Assembly: GCF_009834535.1 (NCBI RefSeq)
Contig: NC_045696.1
Location: forward strand, 20,834,001-20,898,000
Origin: Camelus ferus
Taxonomy: Eukaryota
Direction of reading: 5' to 3'
DNA: 64,000 nucleotides
The number at the start of each line of letters is the position of its first letter. The first letter of the stretch is position 1. Under the pieces are notes generated by a model, which was not told where the DNA came from, did not search any database, and saw nothing but the letters and a program-made list of their open reading frames with translations. Both the position numbers and the translations under genes were made by a program. Shown here in pieces: positions 26,324 through 40,062 of the stretch.

Positions 26324-27647
26324 TAAAAAGAGACCTCTAATCCAGAATTACTGATTCTTTTTTCAAGAAAATTAATAATCTCGAAATTACTGCTCAAAAA
26401 AATATCACATACCTTCAGATCCTACAGCAGAAAACAAAGTGCTAAATATCACCTCACTTAGTAATACTCTAAAGTTTTACTGGAACATCCTTGAAAATAA
26501 AGAGGCCTACAGAATTTCCAGATTCATGGATAACAAGTTCCCTGAGCCATAAGGAAAATTCCCCATTTCCAGGCAAAACCAAACAAATAAGCAAAGAAAA
26601 ACATTAAGGAATAGTTTTTTGACATAAGAAAAATTATAAACATACTTTAAATCATTCACAAAATGTTGATTAACTACTCCTTTGTTTATCTGTATTGCTT
26701 GCTTATATTCTTCATGCATACCAGTATTTTGACATCCCAAACTAAAAAACACTTCCATATTTGATCACATTCGAATATTAAAAAAAAGATTTCTCTTATT
26801 CTCCCAAATTGAACCAAAATTTCATCATTGAAATTAACCCAATTTGCTCTTAACTAGCCTTGATTATTCCAATATCTAGATAACAAATTATTAAGTTTAA
26901 GTAGCTGTTTATAATAAATTATAATTTGATTTTCCCTTATAAGAGAGATTGATAATATATAGACAATGTCGAGCTTTATTTCTCAAGAAATTTTAGGGAA
27001 ATATGGAACAACAGATGGATCTACATCTTTCTAATGCAAGACTTGTTCTAAATAAAAACAGACTTAGGGGCAATGACTATTAAAAAATAGTTTTCAGTAA
27101 CAGTTTAAAAAATTAGTACAACTGGAATATTCCAGCAATGTTTATTTTATTAGCCAACCTACCCTATTTTACATTTTATTTTGTTCTAAACTTAATAAAC
27201 ATTTCGTGTAATTATGCAATTTCAAACATTCCTTTTAGCTAATATAGCATATGATCACTTAGATATAACCAAAGGCTTTATATCTTTCTGAACCATATTA
27301 CTGAGTTAGTAGAAAATATATTCTCATTTTTAATAAAGAATAAAATATAATTATATTGAAGCATATTCTCCTTAATTTATTCTCTCAAGGGGTAATATTA
27401 CAAACTGGTTATAAACCTGTGGAGGACTCCTAGAGGCTGAATTAGTTACATAAAACAGGAGATGGAAAAAGCAACCCTACACTCCTGGGTAGTCTGTAAT
27501 GGCACAGGGCAAAAAATAAGATTGAAGGGTCTGATTTTTTTAGCCTCTGATTTGGAAACTTCAGGCTCCCCTATCTGATGTGATGGCCAGCGATGTCTGG
27601 GATCATGGCTGTTCTGTCAGTCTGATTCCCTCAGTGACAATCAAGGG

Positions 27648-27851
27648 TTGGGTTGTCAGAAAAAAAAAAAAAAAAATACGTAACACCCAGTTAAATTAGA
27701 TTTTCACATAAAAACAACAAAATGAGTGTAAGTATATTCCAAATATTGCATAAGGCATACTTGGACTAAAAGGGTATCTATTGTTTTTTCTGAAATTTAA
27801 ATTTAACTGAGTGTCTTTTTTTTTTTTTATGTGCTAAATTTGGCCATCTTA
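27648..27851. mobile_element. MER53 palindromic hAT MITE
   Basis: TIR-like 'ttgggttgtcaga'...'tggccatctta'; inverted arms 'cacccagttaaatt' / 'atttaactgagtg'; 8-bp TSD ATCAAGGG (27640-27647) / ATCAAGGC (27852-27859). Confidence 0.88.
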
Positions 27852-29178
27852 ATCAAGGCTCTCTGACACACGTAACAAAGCATACAGCATGAGCAAGGGG
27901 AAAAAAAAAACTTATTTAAATCATAAAATCATGAGATTATTGCAGTAGAGCCTAGCTAATTTAGATTGAAGTATTTACCTAAAGTCAAACATTAGTTTGT
28001 GCCAGACGGGAGTTAATTGTAATTAAACAGATTATACAGTATTTAGATATATAAATTATAGATTTTAGATATATAGACTAGAGGATATTTGAATTTATAT
28101 CTTGACCCTTCCTCTAAGTTAAAAGGTCTCATATGCTTCACGTTTAGTTACAGAGTCATCCTATTTTATGTCTGTACAATATTCAGTTGCTTTAACAGAA
28201 TAATAGACAATTAAGCATTATTGATTAAATATTTTACTATATGCAAATTTCAGTTTATCATGTGTTATGCAACACTGAAATTTATATTTCTAGTATTGAC
28301 TATGCATTGACAAACATATTTTTAAGTTAGTATTATACTAAGTCACCAACAAATGGCCATCCAGTAAAGAACTCTGCACTATAGCCAACTTTGAAGAAAA
28401 CCTACCAAATGACAACACTGAAAAGCAATGCTGGAGATACCTACATGATTATTTGGAAAGCCTAGAAGGAGACAGATGTTGAATGTACAGAATCACTTTT
28501 GCATCTTTCTGAATCTTACTGTGTTTGGATATTCTATAGAACACATTTTCTATAGAACCACAGGGAATCATTCCTTAAAAAGGTAAAAGAAGAATGAAGA
28601 AGCAGTTTAAGAGAACATTTTTGTGTACTCTGCATGCTTTTGCTATCTGTTTTCACATGTGGGTAATAAGTATGCATCTTTGAAATTGCAGCTAGGCAGG
28701 ATATTTAAAATTAGTTCATTTTCAACTCAGAAAAATTCCATTTGAAAAAAAAAAGGCAAATACAGTTTTTCAGTTAGCATGCACATAGGCTCTTGCATTG
28801 GCTTTGAAGTATATCTCATAGCAACTGGCACTGATTGATAAAATAGAAAATCTTACCACTAACTTGAGAAAAATACTTACTACTCCCCAGGTTTTCAGCA
28901 TTGCTTTAAAAAATTTTGTAATAGTTTATCAAAGAGGAAAAAAAGAAATATACTTGAACACTATGAAATCTAAAAAAAAAACTATATATATTATAAAGTC
29001 TTCAAAAAATAATTCTGTTGCCATTATAAATTGTTACTTTTTTTTAACAAGATATGGACTGAAATTTTATAATAGGTTGTTTTCAAACTTTCATCATATT
29101 GTTCAGAAAACAAAGAGGATTTAAAATAAAATCAGCAACATTTCTACTCTTTTTTTAATTAAAAACTTTTAAGCTTTA

Positions 29179-31020
29179 ATCATCTGTCCATCAAAAATGT
29201 TGTATACTCTTCTGGGCACGGTTCTAAGTGTGAGTTTTGAAACAGCTTAATAACAGAAATATAACACTTTATGTTGTTTTCATTCTAGTGGAAGAACATA
29301 GAAAATAAACAAGCTACAAATCTCCCTCGACTTCTGATGGGGTTGCATCCTTATTAACCCATCGTAAGTTAAAAATATTGTAAATCAAAAAGGCCTTTAA
29401 TACACCTAACCTACCGAACATCATAGCTTAGACTAGCCTACCTTTAAGTGCTCGGAACACTCACATTAGTCTACAGTTGGGCAAAATCATCTAACGCAAA
29501 GCCTGCTCTGTAACTGAATATCTTCTGGAATTTATGGAATACCATACTGAAAGTGAAACACAGAATGGTCACTGGGTACAGAATGGTTCTAAGTATGTCA
29601 GTTGTTTACTCTCGTGTTTGTGTGGTTGGCTGGGAGCTGCAGCACTCTGCCACTGCCCAGCATCGTGAGGAAGTACCATTCATCCTCTTGCTAGCTCAGG
29701 AAAAGGTAAAAATTTTAAATTCAAAGCAAGGATTCTACTGAATGCATATCACTTTCACACCATCATAAAGTCAGAATATCATAAGCTGAACCATCATAGT
29801 CTGGGACCATCTGTAAATAAATAAAACATATTGCATGACAGATGGTAATCATTGCTAAGGGAAGAGAGTTTAGTAGGAAGACATGCAATATTGGAAGGCG
29901 AGTGACAGTAGGGCAGCCACACAGAGAGGGTGATATGTTCCCAGAGTACTGAAGAATGCGAGCAAGTGAGTCATGTTGAGGAGCCAGACAGTACATAAGC
30001 CCCAGAGGGGAAGTCAGCTGCCATGTTTAATGGACTCACAATGTGGCTGACACTGTGAGTGTTGGTGAAGAGAGTGAGAAAGGAATCAGAAAGGAAGTGG
30101 CAATTTGGATCATGCAGGATCTTGTATGCTCTCCTATAAGATTTGGCATTTACTCTTAAAGAAATGGAAAACTGTAGTAAGGTGATGAGATATAAGATCT
30201 GTTTGATACTTTTAGAAGATGATTTTCACTTCTGTGTTGAGAATAGGCTTGGGGGCTGGGGAGGAGGTAATAAAGATTAGAAACAGTGAAACCAGTTAGG
30301 AATCTCTGAAAATCTGGATGAAAGGTAATAATGATGTGGATCAGGGTAATAGCAGTGGAGTGGAGAGAGAGAATTGGATTCTGGAAATACTTCAGTATAT
30401 CTAAGTAAAGCCAACCACATTTACTAACACTTTAGATGTAGTATGTGAGAGGGAAAATCAGGTCAAAACTTATTCCGAGGTGATTTGTGTGAGCAAAATG
30501 GTAAAGGGAAGGATGAAGTTATGATGCTTAATTAAAAAGAAAACCAAACAAGAGTAGATTTGGAGTGGTGATAATAAAAATCAGGAGTTCACTTTTGGAC
30601 CTGAGAGGTTTGAGTTGCAAATTAAACATCTAAGTCAAGATGTGTGGCAGGAATTTGAATACACACATTTGGAATTTAGAGGAGGGGAGTGGCCTGAAGT
30701 TATGAATTTGGGAATCATTAACATAGAGATGGTAACTAAAGCCATGAAGCTTGATGAAACACTGGAAGACAGAGTTTTGATGGAGGAAGAAGGAAGTAGA
30801 AGTACAAAGTCTGGACAAAGAGGAGAGGACTGGAAAATGGTGAGGAAACAGAGAAAGCTGAGAAGGAGCAATAGAAGAAGTAGGAGGAAAATCAAGGGAG
30901 TGCAGGGTTCAGGAAGACACCCAAAGAAGGAATTTTAGGGATGAGAGAAGGCTAACCTTGACAGAAACTGCTAAAAGGTATAGCAAAGTATGAAGGTATG
31001 GACTAGAATTGGCCATTGTG
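29179..31020 (-). mobile_element. L2a-like LINE, interrupted by MER47 at 29317-29813
   Basis: 'cattctagtggaagaacatagaaaataaacaag', then 'gatttggcatttactct...gggtaatagcagtggagtggagaga...ggagttcacttttggac...aaacatctaagt...ttgggaatcattaacatagagatggta'. Confidence 0.8.
29317..29813. mobile_element. Tigger-family DNA transposon (MER47/Tigger5-like)
   Basis: 'ctcgacttctgatgggg...cccatcgtaagtt...tacacctaacctaccgaacatcatagcttag...gggaccatctg'; TA on both sides (29315-16, 29814-15). Confidence 0.9.
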
Positions 31021-32102
31021 ACCAGTCCAACGAAAAAAGAGGAAATAGAAAACTATGCCAGTGCTTCTTTCAAGACTTTGATTGAATTGCTGGTCTCTGT
31101 AATCCCCCAAGTAGAAGGCAGTTGTTTTGATTGACTATATTTTAGGAGAAGGGAATTTAATGGGCTTTGTTTTGGTCTTTTCATCATAAAATCCATGCTC
31201 CAAAAATCAGGGAACCACAGTGGGAAGTTTTCCTATTGCAGAATTATCTATTCTAAACATTCTCTAGACTAGAGAAAATAATCATGGTGTTAGTTTGGTT
31301 TTTGGTTCCCACTGAGCCTACTGTGAAGCAGATACGGCTAACATGCCACTTATCGTTTGCATTCTCTCTAGCAGATTGGGACCCCTAGCACCCATCATTA
31401 GAAAAGAATCACCATTCTGAAGATTACTACATGCCTGAGTATTTTCCTTTACCCAGGACACACACAGAACATTGTTTTAAATTGTTGTAGGAAGGCTAGA
31501 GAAACATTTTGAGTATTTACCTTGAAAAGCCTATCTTCTGTGATAGGCCGTTGGCCTATAAACAGACTTATGTCTGAGAGTTATTGACAAGCTAGGAGTG
31601 TATTTCATAGTGGAACAGGTAAGCATCCACTCGACATTCATGTTATTTTTTAGTCATTAAATTTGGTATAACCATAACTTAATAAAAGCAGGCACAGAAT
31701 GTTCAGAGTGGCCCTACAAGGATCTTTGACCGTACATTCCTGGAATCAAATTCTATACTCTATAACAGAAATTCAGTCTTTTGTAATTTAATTATAGATG
31801 TGGTAACCTTTCACCTCTGCTGTGATATATTAACTGTTGGGTTCAGCCCACATTCAAGGGAAAGGGATTCCAAAAGGCAGGAATACTGGTAGGTAGGGAT
31901 TGATGGCTGACATGTGTGTTTACTTAGTACACAAATTTTTTGAAGAGGGAATTATAGGTACAACAGATTAGTGTCATTTAAAATTATATCTATTAGAAGA
32001 TGCATTTGCATATTTATCTTAGGACTAATTTTATTAAGAGATTATAATTTACTGCTGTTTACATGACTTAAGAAACATAATTATATTTTTTAATTAGAAT
32101 AC

Positions 32103-32814
32103 TTTTTTTATTGAAGTATAGTTGATTTACAATGTTGTTAAGTTTCAAGTGTACAGCAAAGTGGTTCAGTTATACATATATATATATATTCTTTTTCAGA
32201 TTCTTTCCCATTATAGGTTATTACAAGATATTGAATATAGTTCCTTGTGCTATACAGTAGGTCCTTGTTGTTTTTCTGTTTTATATATAGTAGTGTGTAT
32301 CTGTTCATCTCAAGTTCCAAATTTATCCCTCCCCAAACCCATTTCCCCTTTGGTAACCATAAGTTTTCTTTTCTATGTTTGAATCTTTTTCTCTTTTGAA
32401 AATATATTCATTTGTATCATTTTTTTTTAGATTCCACATATAAGTGATATCATGTGATATTTGTCTTTACCTGACTTTCTTCACTTAGTATGATAATCTT
32501 GAGGTACATCCGTGTTGCTGCAAGCAGCATTATTTCATTCTTTTTTTATGCCCAAGTAATATTCCATTGTATATGTATACTACATCTTCTTTATCCAGTC
32601 ATCTGTCAGCGAACATTTAGGTTGCTTCCATGTCTTGACTACTGTAAATAGTGCTGCTATGAACATTGGAGTGCATGTATCTTTTTTAATTAGAGATTTC
32701 ATCTTTGCCAAATATGTGCCCAGGAGTGAGATTGCTGGATCATATGGTAACTCTATTTTCAGCTTTGTAAGAAATTTCTGTACTGTTTTCCATAGTGGCT
32801 GCACCAATTTACAT
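32103..32814 (-). mobile_element. Young L1 3' end
   Basis: Poly-T then 'attgaagtatagttgatttacaatgttg...gattccacatataagtgatatc...catagtggctgcaccaatttacat'; minus ORF contains [11 protein letters not shown]. Confidence 0.93.
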
Positions 32815-32819
32815 AAATG

Positions 32820-33036
32820 CCTTTCCTGTATGTAACAGTAGCTCATTCATTCCCCTGTCCCTGGCCCCTGTTATATCCACTGTTGGAATGTACCACAGTT
32901 TTTCATCCATTTATTTATGTTGTTTCCAGTTTTTGAAGATTATAAATAGAGTTCCTGTAAACACCACTGAACATGTTTTTGTATGAACATAAGTTTTCTT
33001 TTCTCTAGGGTAAACATGTAGAAGTAAGACTGCTGA
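32820..33036 (-). mobile_element. Older L1M 3' fragment
   Basis: 'gtaccacagtt...ttgtttccagtttttg...tttgtatgaacataagttttcttttctctagggtaaa'. Confidence 0.65.
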
Positions 33037-34779
33037 TATTTTTTAAAGAGGTGAATAATTGAAATTTTGGAAATGGATAGCTTAATGACTTTCTCTATCA
33101 CCTTTAGTTTAAAAATATCTATTCTCCCTATTCTTCATGTCTTTACAATATTATCAATACTGATTGTACTACTAATGCAGATTAAAAATATTTGTCAGTA
33201 AAGTTGAGATTTAGATTATGCATAATAGTATTTTGATAAGAGCTGTGAATACCTGATAACTGCTTTGCTAATCAACACTTCTCACAATAGGTATATGATT
33301 AAAAATAAGTAAATAAAAGAAAATTGAACCCAAGAATCCCATTATATAAAGCCCATGTTAAATGACCCTCAATGCAGAACCCTGATAAATTTGATAAAGG
33401 GAGAGGGAAGGAAAGGTAAATAAGGAAGGAGATAGGAAGAAAATAGGAGAGTGACTGAATAATTTATTGGTGATTGATTCAGAGACCACCTAAGAAAAGA
33501 TTTACCTGACTTTGCTTACCACTGTGAGGCAGTAAACAGAGGAGTAGAAAGAATAATGAGGTAATTTCACAAGATTTTATTCCTTGCCACCCTTTTTTTT
33601 TTTCAATAATAACATCAATAGAAACTTTTCATATAAAAGATACAATGAAAGGTATCTTTGGGGAAAACATTTAGTTGTTTGAAGCAAAATTATTAATGTA
33701 AATGAGAATTTCAGCTGACGAAAAGCCTCAGGAACTATTCGTATAGACTTGGATATTGTTTTGATTCCTTTAAAGGAATTTTGCAAAGCACTGTCTAAAA
33801 GACATTAAATTAAGCAGAAGATGACACTTGACATTCAGAACAAATGGAACAGGAATTGGAAATATATTATATTCTCTCCTTAATTAGAGAGTAAAAGTAC
33901 ATCTTGGCAATGAATATTTCAGTTGAAATAAAACATTTTAGAACTGCCATTTAAATATGACATAGCTAAATAACCAATTCAACTGGAGTAAAAGTGTCAA
34001 TAACCTTATTCGGTTCCTTTGACAATAAAATCTTAAAAAAATTTTTTTCAAACTCAGGAATGGACAAAAAGATGTAACAGAAATGTCTTGTCTGGCCTAC
34101 TTTTCTGTGATCAAGTATTTGGAATATTAGGTAATTATAATCGGGAACATTCAAAAGCCAAAAGATGTTAGATTGAATCATTTTTGGAGTGTGATATATA
34201 TTTCTTAATAAGAGATTGAGAGGAATTAATTTTCTTGATGGCTGTCTGCCTTTTCTCTCCACACTGTCAATAACCTGAATCCTCGGAAAAAGGATAAAGT
34301 ATTTGAGACTGCCTTTCCCAATCCTTCTAGAAGCAGAGGTGGTAAAGAACTGCAGAGTTAGGAAAGAGAGGAGCTTTATTTTATACTAGAACATCCCTAA
34401 TGAGATTAAGGCAAAACAGAGAGATGAAATTGTAGCTGGGAGGAAAGCCAAGGTTATAAATCTGAAAAGACAAGATTGTGGAATGGGTAATGATTTAGCA
34501 ATATAATCTATGAGAGAGTAAGTTATCAGAAGAGTTATAATTTTGAGTAAAGAGCAAGGTTGCAAAGAGAAGCAGTAGAACAATTGAGCAAACTAAATCT
34601 CAACTATTACGTTTATAGTCATAAATATCATTTAACAGAGTACAACCTGGAAGTTCATAGCACGGTCATGGTGGGGGTTTTTGGACACATGCTATTAGAA
34701 TTTGATGTGAAAAGATATAGAAGATTTGACAATGGAATTAACAAGTTGCTCACACGTATGTGTTTGTATTTGTGTTTGC

Positions 34780-35200
34780 GTGTGTGCAAAATCCTGTTTT
34801 TCAAAATTAGACAATTCCCATATTCTCAACTACACATTAAAAAAAGTATAAAAAACTGACTATATATCAGAGCAATAAAGGAGTTTGTAAATACCAGTAA
34901 GGTGATATAATACACACCACATCTTTTACTACAAAGCAATAAAATGATAAATTAGAACACAATTATAAATCAAAATCTTCACTTTGATTGAAAAAAACAC
35001 TTTTTGAAGATATTTATGAATCAAGGAAAAGATATTTATTGAAAATATGAAATACTTAAAATTGAAAATACGAAAATAAAACGTCTCAACACTTACAGGT
35101 TCAACAATGGTAGTAGCATAAGAAAGAATTACGATTTTTAATGCATATGTTAAAAATGAAAATATTTGGAAATTAATGTGCAAATTTAGAAAAAAATGAT
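34780..35200 (+). mobile_element. Degraded ancient L1 ORF2 fragment
   Basis: A-rich 'tattctcaactacacat...aaaaactgactatatatcagagcaataaag...aaagcaataaaatgataaattag' resembles the end of the L1 endonuclease region. Confidence 0.45.
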
Positions 35201-35469
35201 AGGGAAAAAATGAAGAAGGAAGAAGAAGTAATACAAGTAAGAGTAGAATTTAATGAAAAATAAAGAAAAAAATAAGTTCTTCAAAGAAATTAAGATCTAT
35301 GTATAAATATAAATAAAGGAGAAAACAAAATGGTTGATTTTTCAGAAGTGTCTTATATGATAGTACAATTTTGTAATCACACCAAATGCCTAGGAAGGAA
35401 CCCTGAGGACCAAGTTTTAAAATCATTAGCAGTTGTTGCAAGCACTGTGCCTTTCCTTTCATTCATCAC

Positions 35470-35578
35470 AGTTATGAGAGCAGGGATGTTTGTTTTCCTC
35501 ATGACTCTGTATTCAAAACCAAGCACAGTTCCTGACATATAGTAAGCTCTTGATACAGTTACCTGCTGAATTAGTAAG
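35470..35578 (+). mobile_element. L2 3' terminus
   Basis: 'atgagagcagggatgtttgtttt...ctgtattc...agcacagttcctgacatatagtaagctct...tgctgaat'. Confidence 0.75.
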
Positions 35579-36194
35579 TTATGCAGGAGTTTGCAGAACA
35601 TTTAAGGAAAGAGAACTGGGATATCATTAGTAGCTGTATTGAAGTTTGTTTTCCACAGAGAGGATAAATACTGTTTTTAATTTTGTCTTCAAAGAAAATA
35701 AGGATTATGTTTTTTGTTTTTTGATTTTTAAGGGCACTTTTCAAAAGATACCTTTATTAGAAATAAAATATGTTTTTAATTTTGGCATGAGGCCAAATTT
35801 TTGAGGAATTCTTGGCCTCAATTATAATATTTTACTATAAGGAAGGATCTATAACACTATATTATTACATAATATTTTATATTGCATATTTAATTCATAA
35901 TTATGAGTAAAAATATAGTGTTGTTTTGAATAAATTAAGAATTTGCTCATTGCTGTAATATCATACTTATATCTTTGCATTTTCTTATTCTTCGCATTCT
36001 TTGTACCATGCTTCTTGTATGTCTGCCCACTTATGCTCATATGCATATTATCTGGTTTCAACAAAAAATCAAGAAAGCTATTGAACTAGCTAATGCAAGG
36101 CCATGTGTATATAAACATTACCTTAAAAATTAGGTGATAAGGATAAAGGTGATATAATGTAATTACATGTAAAGCTACAAAGATGTAATTAAAA

Positions 36195-36687
36195 GTATAT
36201 TTATACAATGGAATATTACTCAGCCATAAAAAAGAATAAAATAATGCAACTTGCAGAAACATGGATGGACCTGGAGATTGTCATTCTAAATGAAGTAAGC
36301 CAGAAAGAAAAAGAAAAATACCATATGATATCACTTATATGTGGAATCTTAAAAAAACAAACAAACAAACAAACTTTTTTATAAAACAGAAACAGACTCA
36401 CAGACACAGAAAATAAACTTATGGTTAACAGTGGGGGGAAGGGATAAATTGGAAGTTTAAGATTTGCAGATAGTAACTTCTATATATAAAATAGATAAAC
36501 AACAAGTTTATACTGTATAGCACAGGGAACTATATTCAATATCTTATAGTAACTTATGATTAAAAAGAATATGAAAACGAATATATGTATGGTCCTATAT
36601 GACTGAAGTATTGTGCTATCCACCAGAAATTGACACAACATTATAAGCTGACTATACTGCAATAAAAATATATAAAGAAAATAAAAA
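36195..36687 (+). mobile_element. Young L1 3' end
   Basis: Colinear with 9740-10186: 'atacaatggaatattactcagccataaaaaagaataaaataatg...caccagaaattgacacaacatt...aataaaa'. Confidence 0.93.
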
Positions 36688-37134
36688 TATTTTTTAAAAT
36701 ATTAATGTTTTATCCATCCATCGCAAGAAAGTTCGTAGGTTATGAGCTGACACTAAATTTTCAGGTAGCTGTTCTAGTGTAAACCTAGCCATCATTTAAG
36801 TCTAGATTTACATAAAAGCAATCATGGAACATATGGAATAGTGTTACAAAGCTGCAAGGCTGAATATATAGACAGCCTTCCAATTGTCAAATAAGTTGAC
36901 TAATTCAAGCATCGATTGATATAAGTAGTTAATTTTATTGATTACCTGCTATTTATAAGCTTTTCCTGGTCTATTTTACTTTTGTCTTATAAGTCAGAGA
37001 CCATTTTTTTCACCCACTAAGTAATGTATTAGATTTTTTGGCAAGTTGCTCAGCAAAGGACCATGAACTAAGAACAAGCTTTCTATCCTGGAATAGAAAA
37101 CTGTAATGAAAGAGTCACCAGAAGACAGAGACTT

Positions 37135-37484
37135 TAGGTACACATTGTTGTTTCCCTAAAATTTGTATGTTGAAATCCTAACACCAATGTTATAAATAGA
37201 AGGTAGGGCCTTTGAGAGGCACTTAGGTAACAGAGTGGAGCCCTTATGAATGAGGTCAGTGCTTTTGTAAAAGAGACCCCTCAGGCTCCCAAGTACTGTT
37301 CTGCCCTTCTGTTGTACCTGTGTGGATACAACTGAGAACTCAGAGATCTGCAGGAGGGTCCCAGCCAAGCATGCTGGCACCTGATCTTGGACTTCCAACC
37401 TCCAGAGCTGTGAGAAATAAATATCTGTTGTTTATAGCCTCTCAGTCTTTGAATTTTGTTATAACAGCCAGAATGGACTAAGAT
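37135..37484 (+). mobile_element. MaLR LTR (MLT1A/B-like)
   Basis: 'tatgttgaaatcctaac...gctggcacctgatcttggacttccaacctccagagctgtgagaaataaat...ggactaaga'. Confidence 0.88.
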
Positions 37485-37719
37485 GTCATTTAAGTAAATA
37501 TTTGTCTTCATGTTAATGTTTTCATTTCCAGACTTATCGCAGAGGGCTGGCACATGATTTTTCAGTAAAAAGAAATCTATAACTTGAATAACAAATACAT
37601 TGAAGAAGTAAGGGGAGGGGAAATTTTTATGAACATTAGTAGAAATTAGTGAAGAGAACAGTAAAATATTTGATCATAAAATATAATGTCCACTTTATTT
37701 AAAAAGAAAAAAGGAGTAA

Positions 37720-37720
<1 letters not shown>

Positions 37721-37764
<44 letters not shown>

Positions 37765-37772
37765 CTCTCTCT
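37721..37772. repeat. Compound microsatellite (CA)20(CT)6
   Basis: Read directly from the sequence. Confidence 0.97.
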
Positions 37773-38484
37773 TTCAGTGTACAGAAGTTCCCATCTAGAT
37801 AAGTTTTCATTTGTCTCCAAAACTTTTCATTCTACAATATAGACTACTGTTGTAAAAATGTGAGCTGTTAACAACATGTAGAAATAAATTTCTAGTCATA
37901 TCAAGTAGTTATTAATTTAGTCAGCCAAATTCAGTGTAACCTGGGAATGGATATATATGTGCTGAGAGATAAACTGTGGCAAACCCTCAAGAAAAGAGCT
38001 ACACTTTAGTTCTGGAAGAAAAGCACCCATGACTTCACATATTTAAAATTCACATTGCCAATAACAAGACTGAAATATTTATGATACTTGCTTCCATAGA
38101 AGGATGATTTAATTATTAAATTATATAAGGTGGTGATGTCTCATTCCTGCATATTAACTATATGTTTGGTAGTCTGTTTCCAAAGGGAGGACAGATTATA
38201 TATTGAAATAATTTACCATTTTGTCTATTGAAAATGAAACATAAAAACTTAAATAGTTTATCTTACAAAGGATTTATAGATGGAAATTGCAGAACATTTT
38301 CCTTAAATGTGATTTTAAAAATGTGTTCAGAAATTCCAGCTACATTAATCTTGACAAAATTAAGTTCTTGCTAAACTAACTTTATGAGATTTGTATTAAA
38401 AAAAAAAACATAGTGTAACACTTAACTTTATTGGTCAATAGTATATGGATGAAATGATAGTGTGAGATTTCCTTAAAAAGAATC

Positions 38485-38734
38485 CTGTGTTTCTGCTTGC
38501 CCCCTCTTGTGCTTCTGCTGTCATGTTAGGGACATGCATTGTGTAACCTGCTAGATCGAGGGGAACGAGAGACATGTGGAGCTAACCCAGACCCAACCTA
38601 TAGTTTATTGTATAGAGCAGCCACACTCAGCTGACCTGAAGAAAAATGACCAAATTAAATATTTTTCTTTTAAACCACTGAGATTTAGAATGGTTTCTTA
38701 CATAGCATCATTGTTTCAGAAGGTAACTGATACA
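38485..38734 (+). mobile_element. MaLR LTR 3' half (MLT1I/H-like)
   Basis: 'gagagacatgtggagc...taaaccactgagatttagaatggtttcttacatagca...taactgataca'. Confidence 0.7.
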
Positions 38735-39679
38735 CCTGGATGGAAATAAAATATTACCAACAATGATACCTTTTCTGCAGTCTGTTTTATATTGGACATT
38801 TTCTACAATGAACATACATAATTTTTAATTAAGGAAATCACTGTTAAATTAATTTATTGAATGTATAGAAACTATATGTAAATTAAGGCCATAAGACAAA
38901 AAAAAAAAAAAAACTGACAGAAACTCATGCCCTAAAGGTATCTAATAATGGTTATTAAAACTTGTGTATACCAATTAGGTATATGTGAGTGTAGAGTGTG
39001 CCACACAGACAGACAAATGTAAGGCAAAGGAGAGTTTATATTCTCTTTGAAATCTCATTTAATGCTAAATGTTTTACTCCGATTTAATCCCTTCTTAAAA
39101 AAATGACATTGATATCTATCTCTTCTTATTTCTCCAAAAGGACTTCCTCCAGGAATGCCACTGTTGTGAATAGTGATCATTTGATTTCTTTAACCCATCA
39201 TCTGAGCATCTGCAGGATAGGACAAACAGAACCATTGTCTTATGCTCCAATATTATGCTAGTATTATTGTGTAATTCCTTTTTAATTTTAACATTTTTAG
39301 AACTTTCACTTCTAAAGCTTAACAAATTTGCGCTCTTAGATGAGTTCTATGTAGCTTAACCCTTATGCCATCATTTTTCTCGGAACTTGGCATTTAGCTT
39401 CTTTTCAGAGTAGACCAGCGTGCTTCAGAGGGTGTGATTGGATTGGTATGCTAAGTCTACATTAACTTGTCCTTATAGATTATTTGTCAGAGTCACAGTC
39501 TCCTTTGTCTTCTATTTCTTCCTTCAAGTCAACATTATGACTCTAATAGAAGTACACAAAATCTTTTAAATTCTCAAGTATATTTGACCCAAACGATATA
39601 ATTATGAAACACATATATCAGTATTTTTTAAAAGCACATTTAAAATACCAAATATATGAAATATTATGGACTTAATTGG

Positions 39680-39900
39680 GTATAGCATAGTCAGTGGAAG
39701 TGTATAAGATTTTTATTCAAATCAGCCTGAAACTAAATTGCTGTCCTATCCTTAATTATCTGTATGAGACTGGGCAGGGTATTAAACTTATTGAGCTTCA
39801 GTATCCTTATCTGTAAAATTGAGTTTTAAAGTAGCTCAGAATTTTATTATATCTACTTTCATAAGTAATATTAAATGACCTAGCATACAGTAAGTACTAC
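39680..39900 (+). mobile_element. MIR SINE
   Basis: Core 'ctgtatgagactgggcagggtattaaacttattgagcttcagtatccttatctgtaaaat'. Confidence 0.75.
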
Positions 39901-39964
39901 TCATTTTTTAAGGTTTTCATGTTAGTAGGGGAAAGAAAGAATGGAGAAATAATGTAGAACATAC

Positions 39965-40062
39965 AATTTTACAGTTATAAGACACAGAGATGATCTGCTC
40001 CAGACTCCTCATTTTATAGATGGCTAAACGGAGATCAAGAGAGATTTAGTGTTTTGCCCGAA
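39965..40062 (-). mobile_element. MIR SINE fragment
   Basis: 'ctcctcattttatagatggctaaacggagatcaagagagatttagtgttttgccc'. Confidence 0.65.

Noticed and set aside
30615..30938. 107-aa ORF with a basic, NLS-like tail
   Set aside because: Antisense of L2, purine-rich; the opposite strand is decayed L2 ORF2.
39409..39445. Possible 37-nt exon (cttttcAG ... GTatg)
   Set aside because: Weak donor and no partner exons; such matches are frequent by chance.
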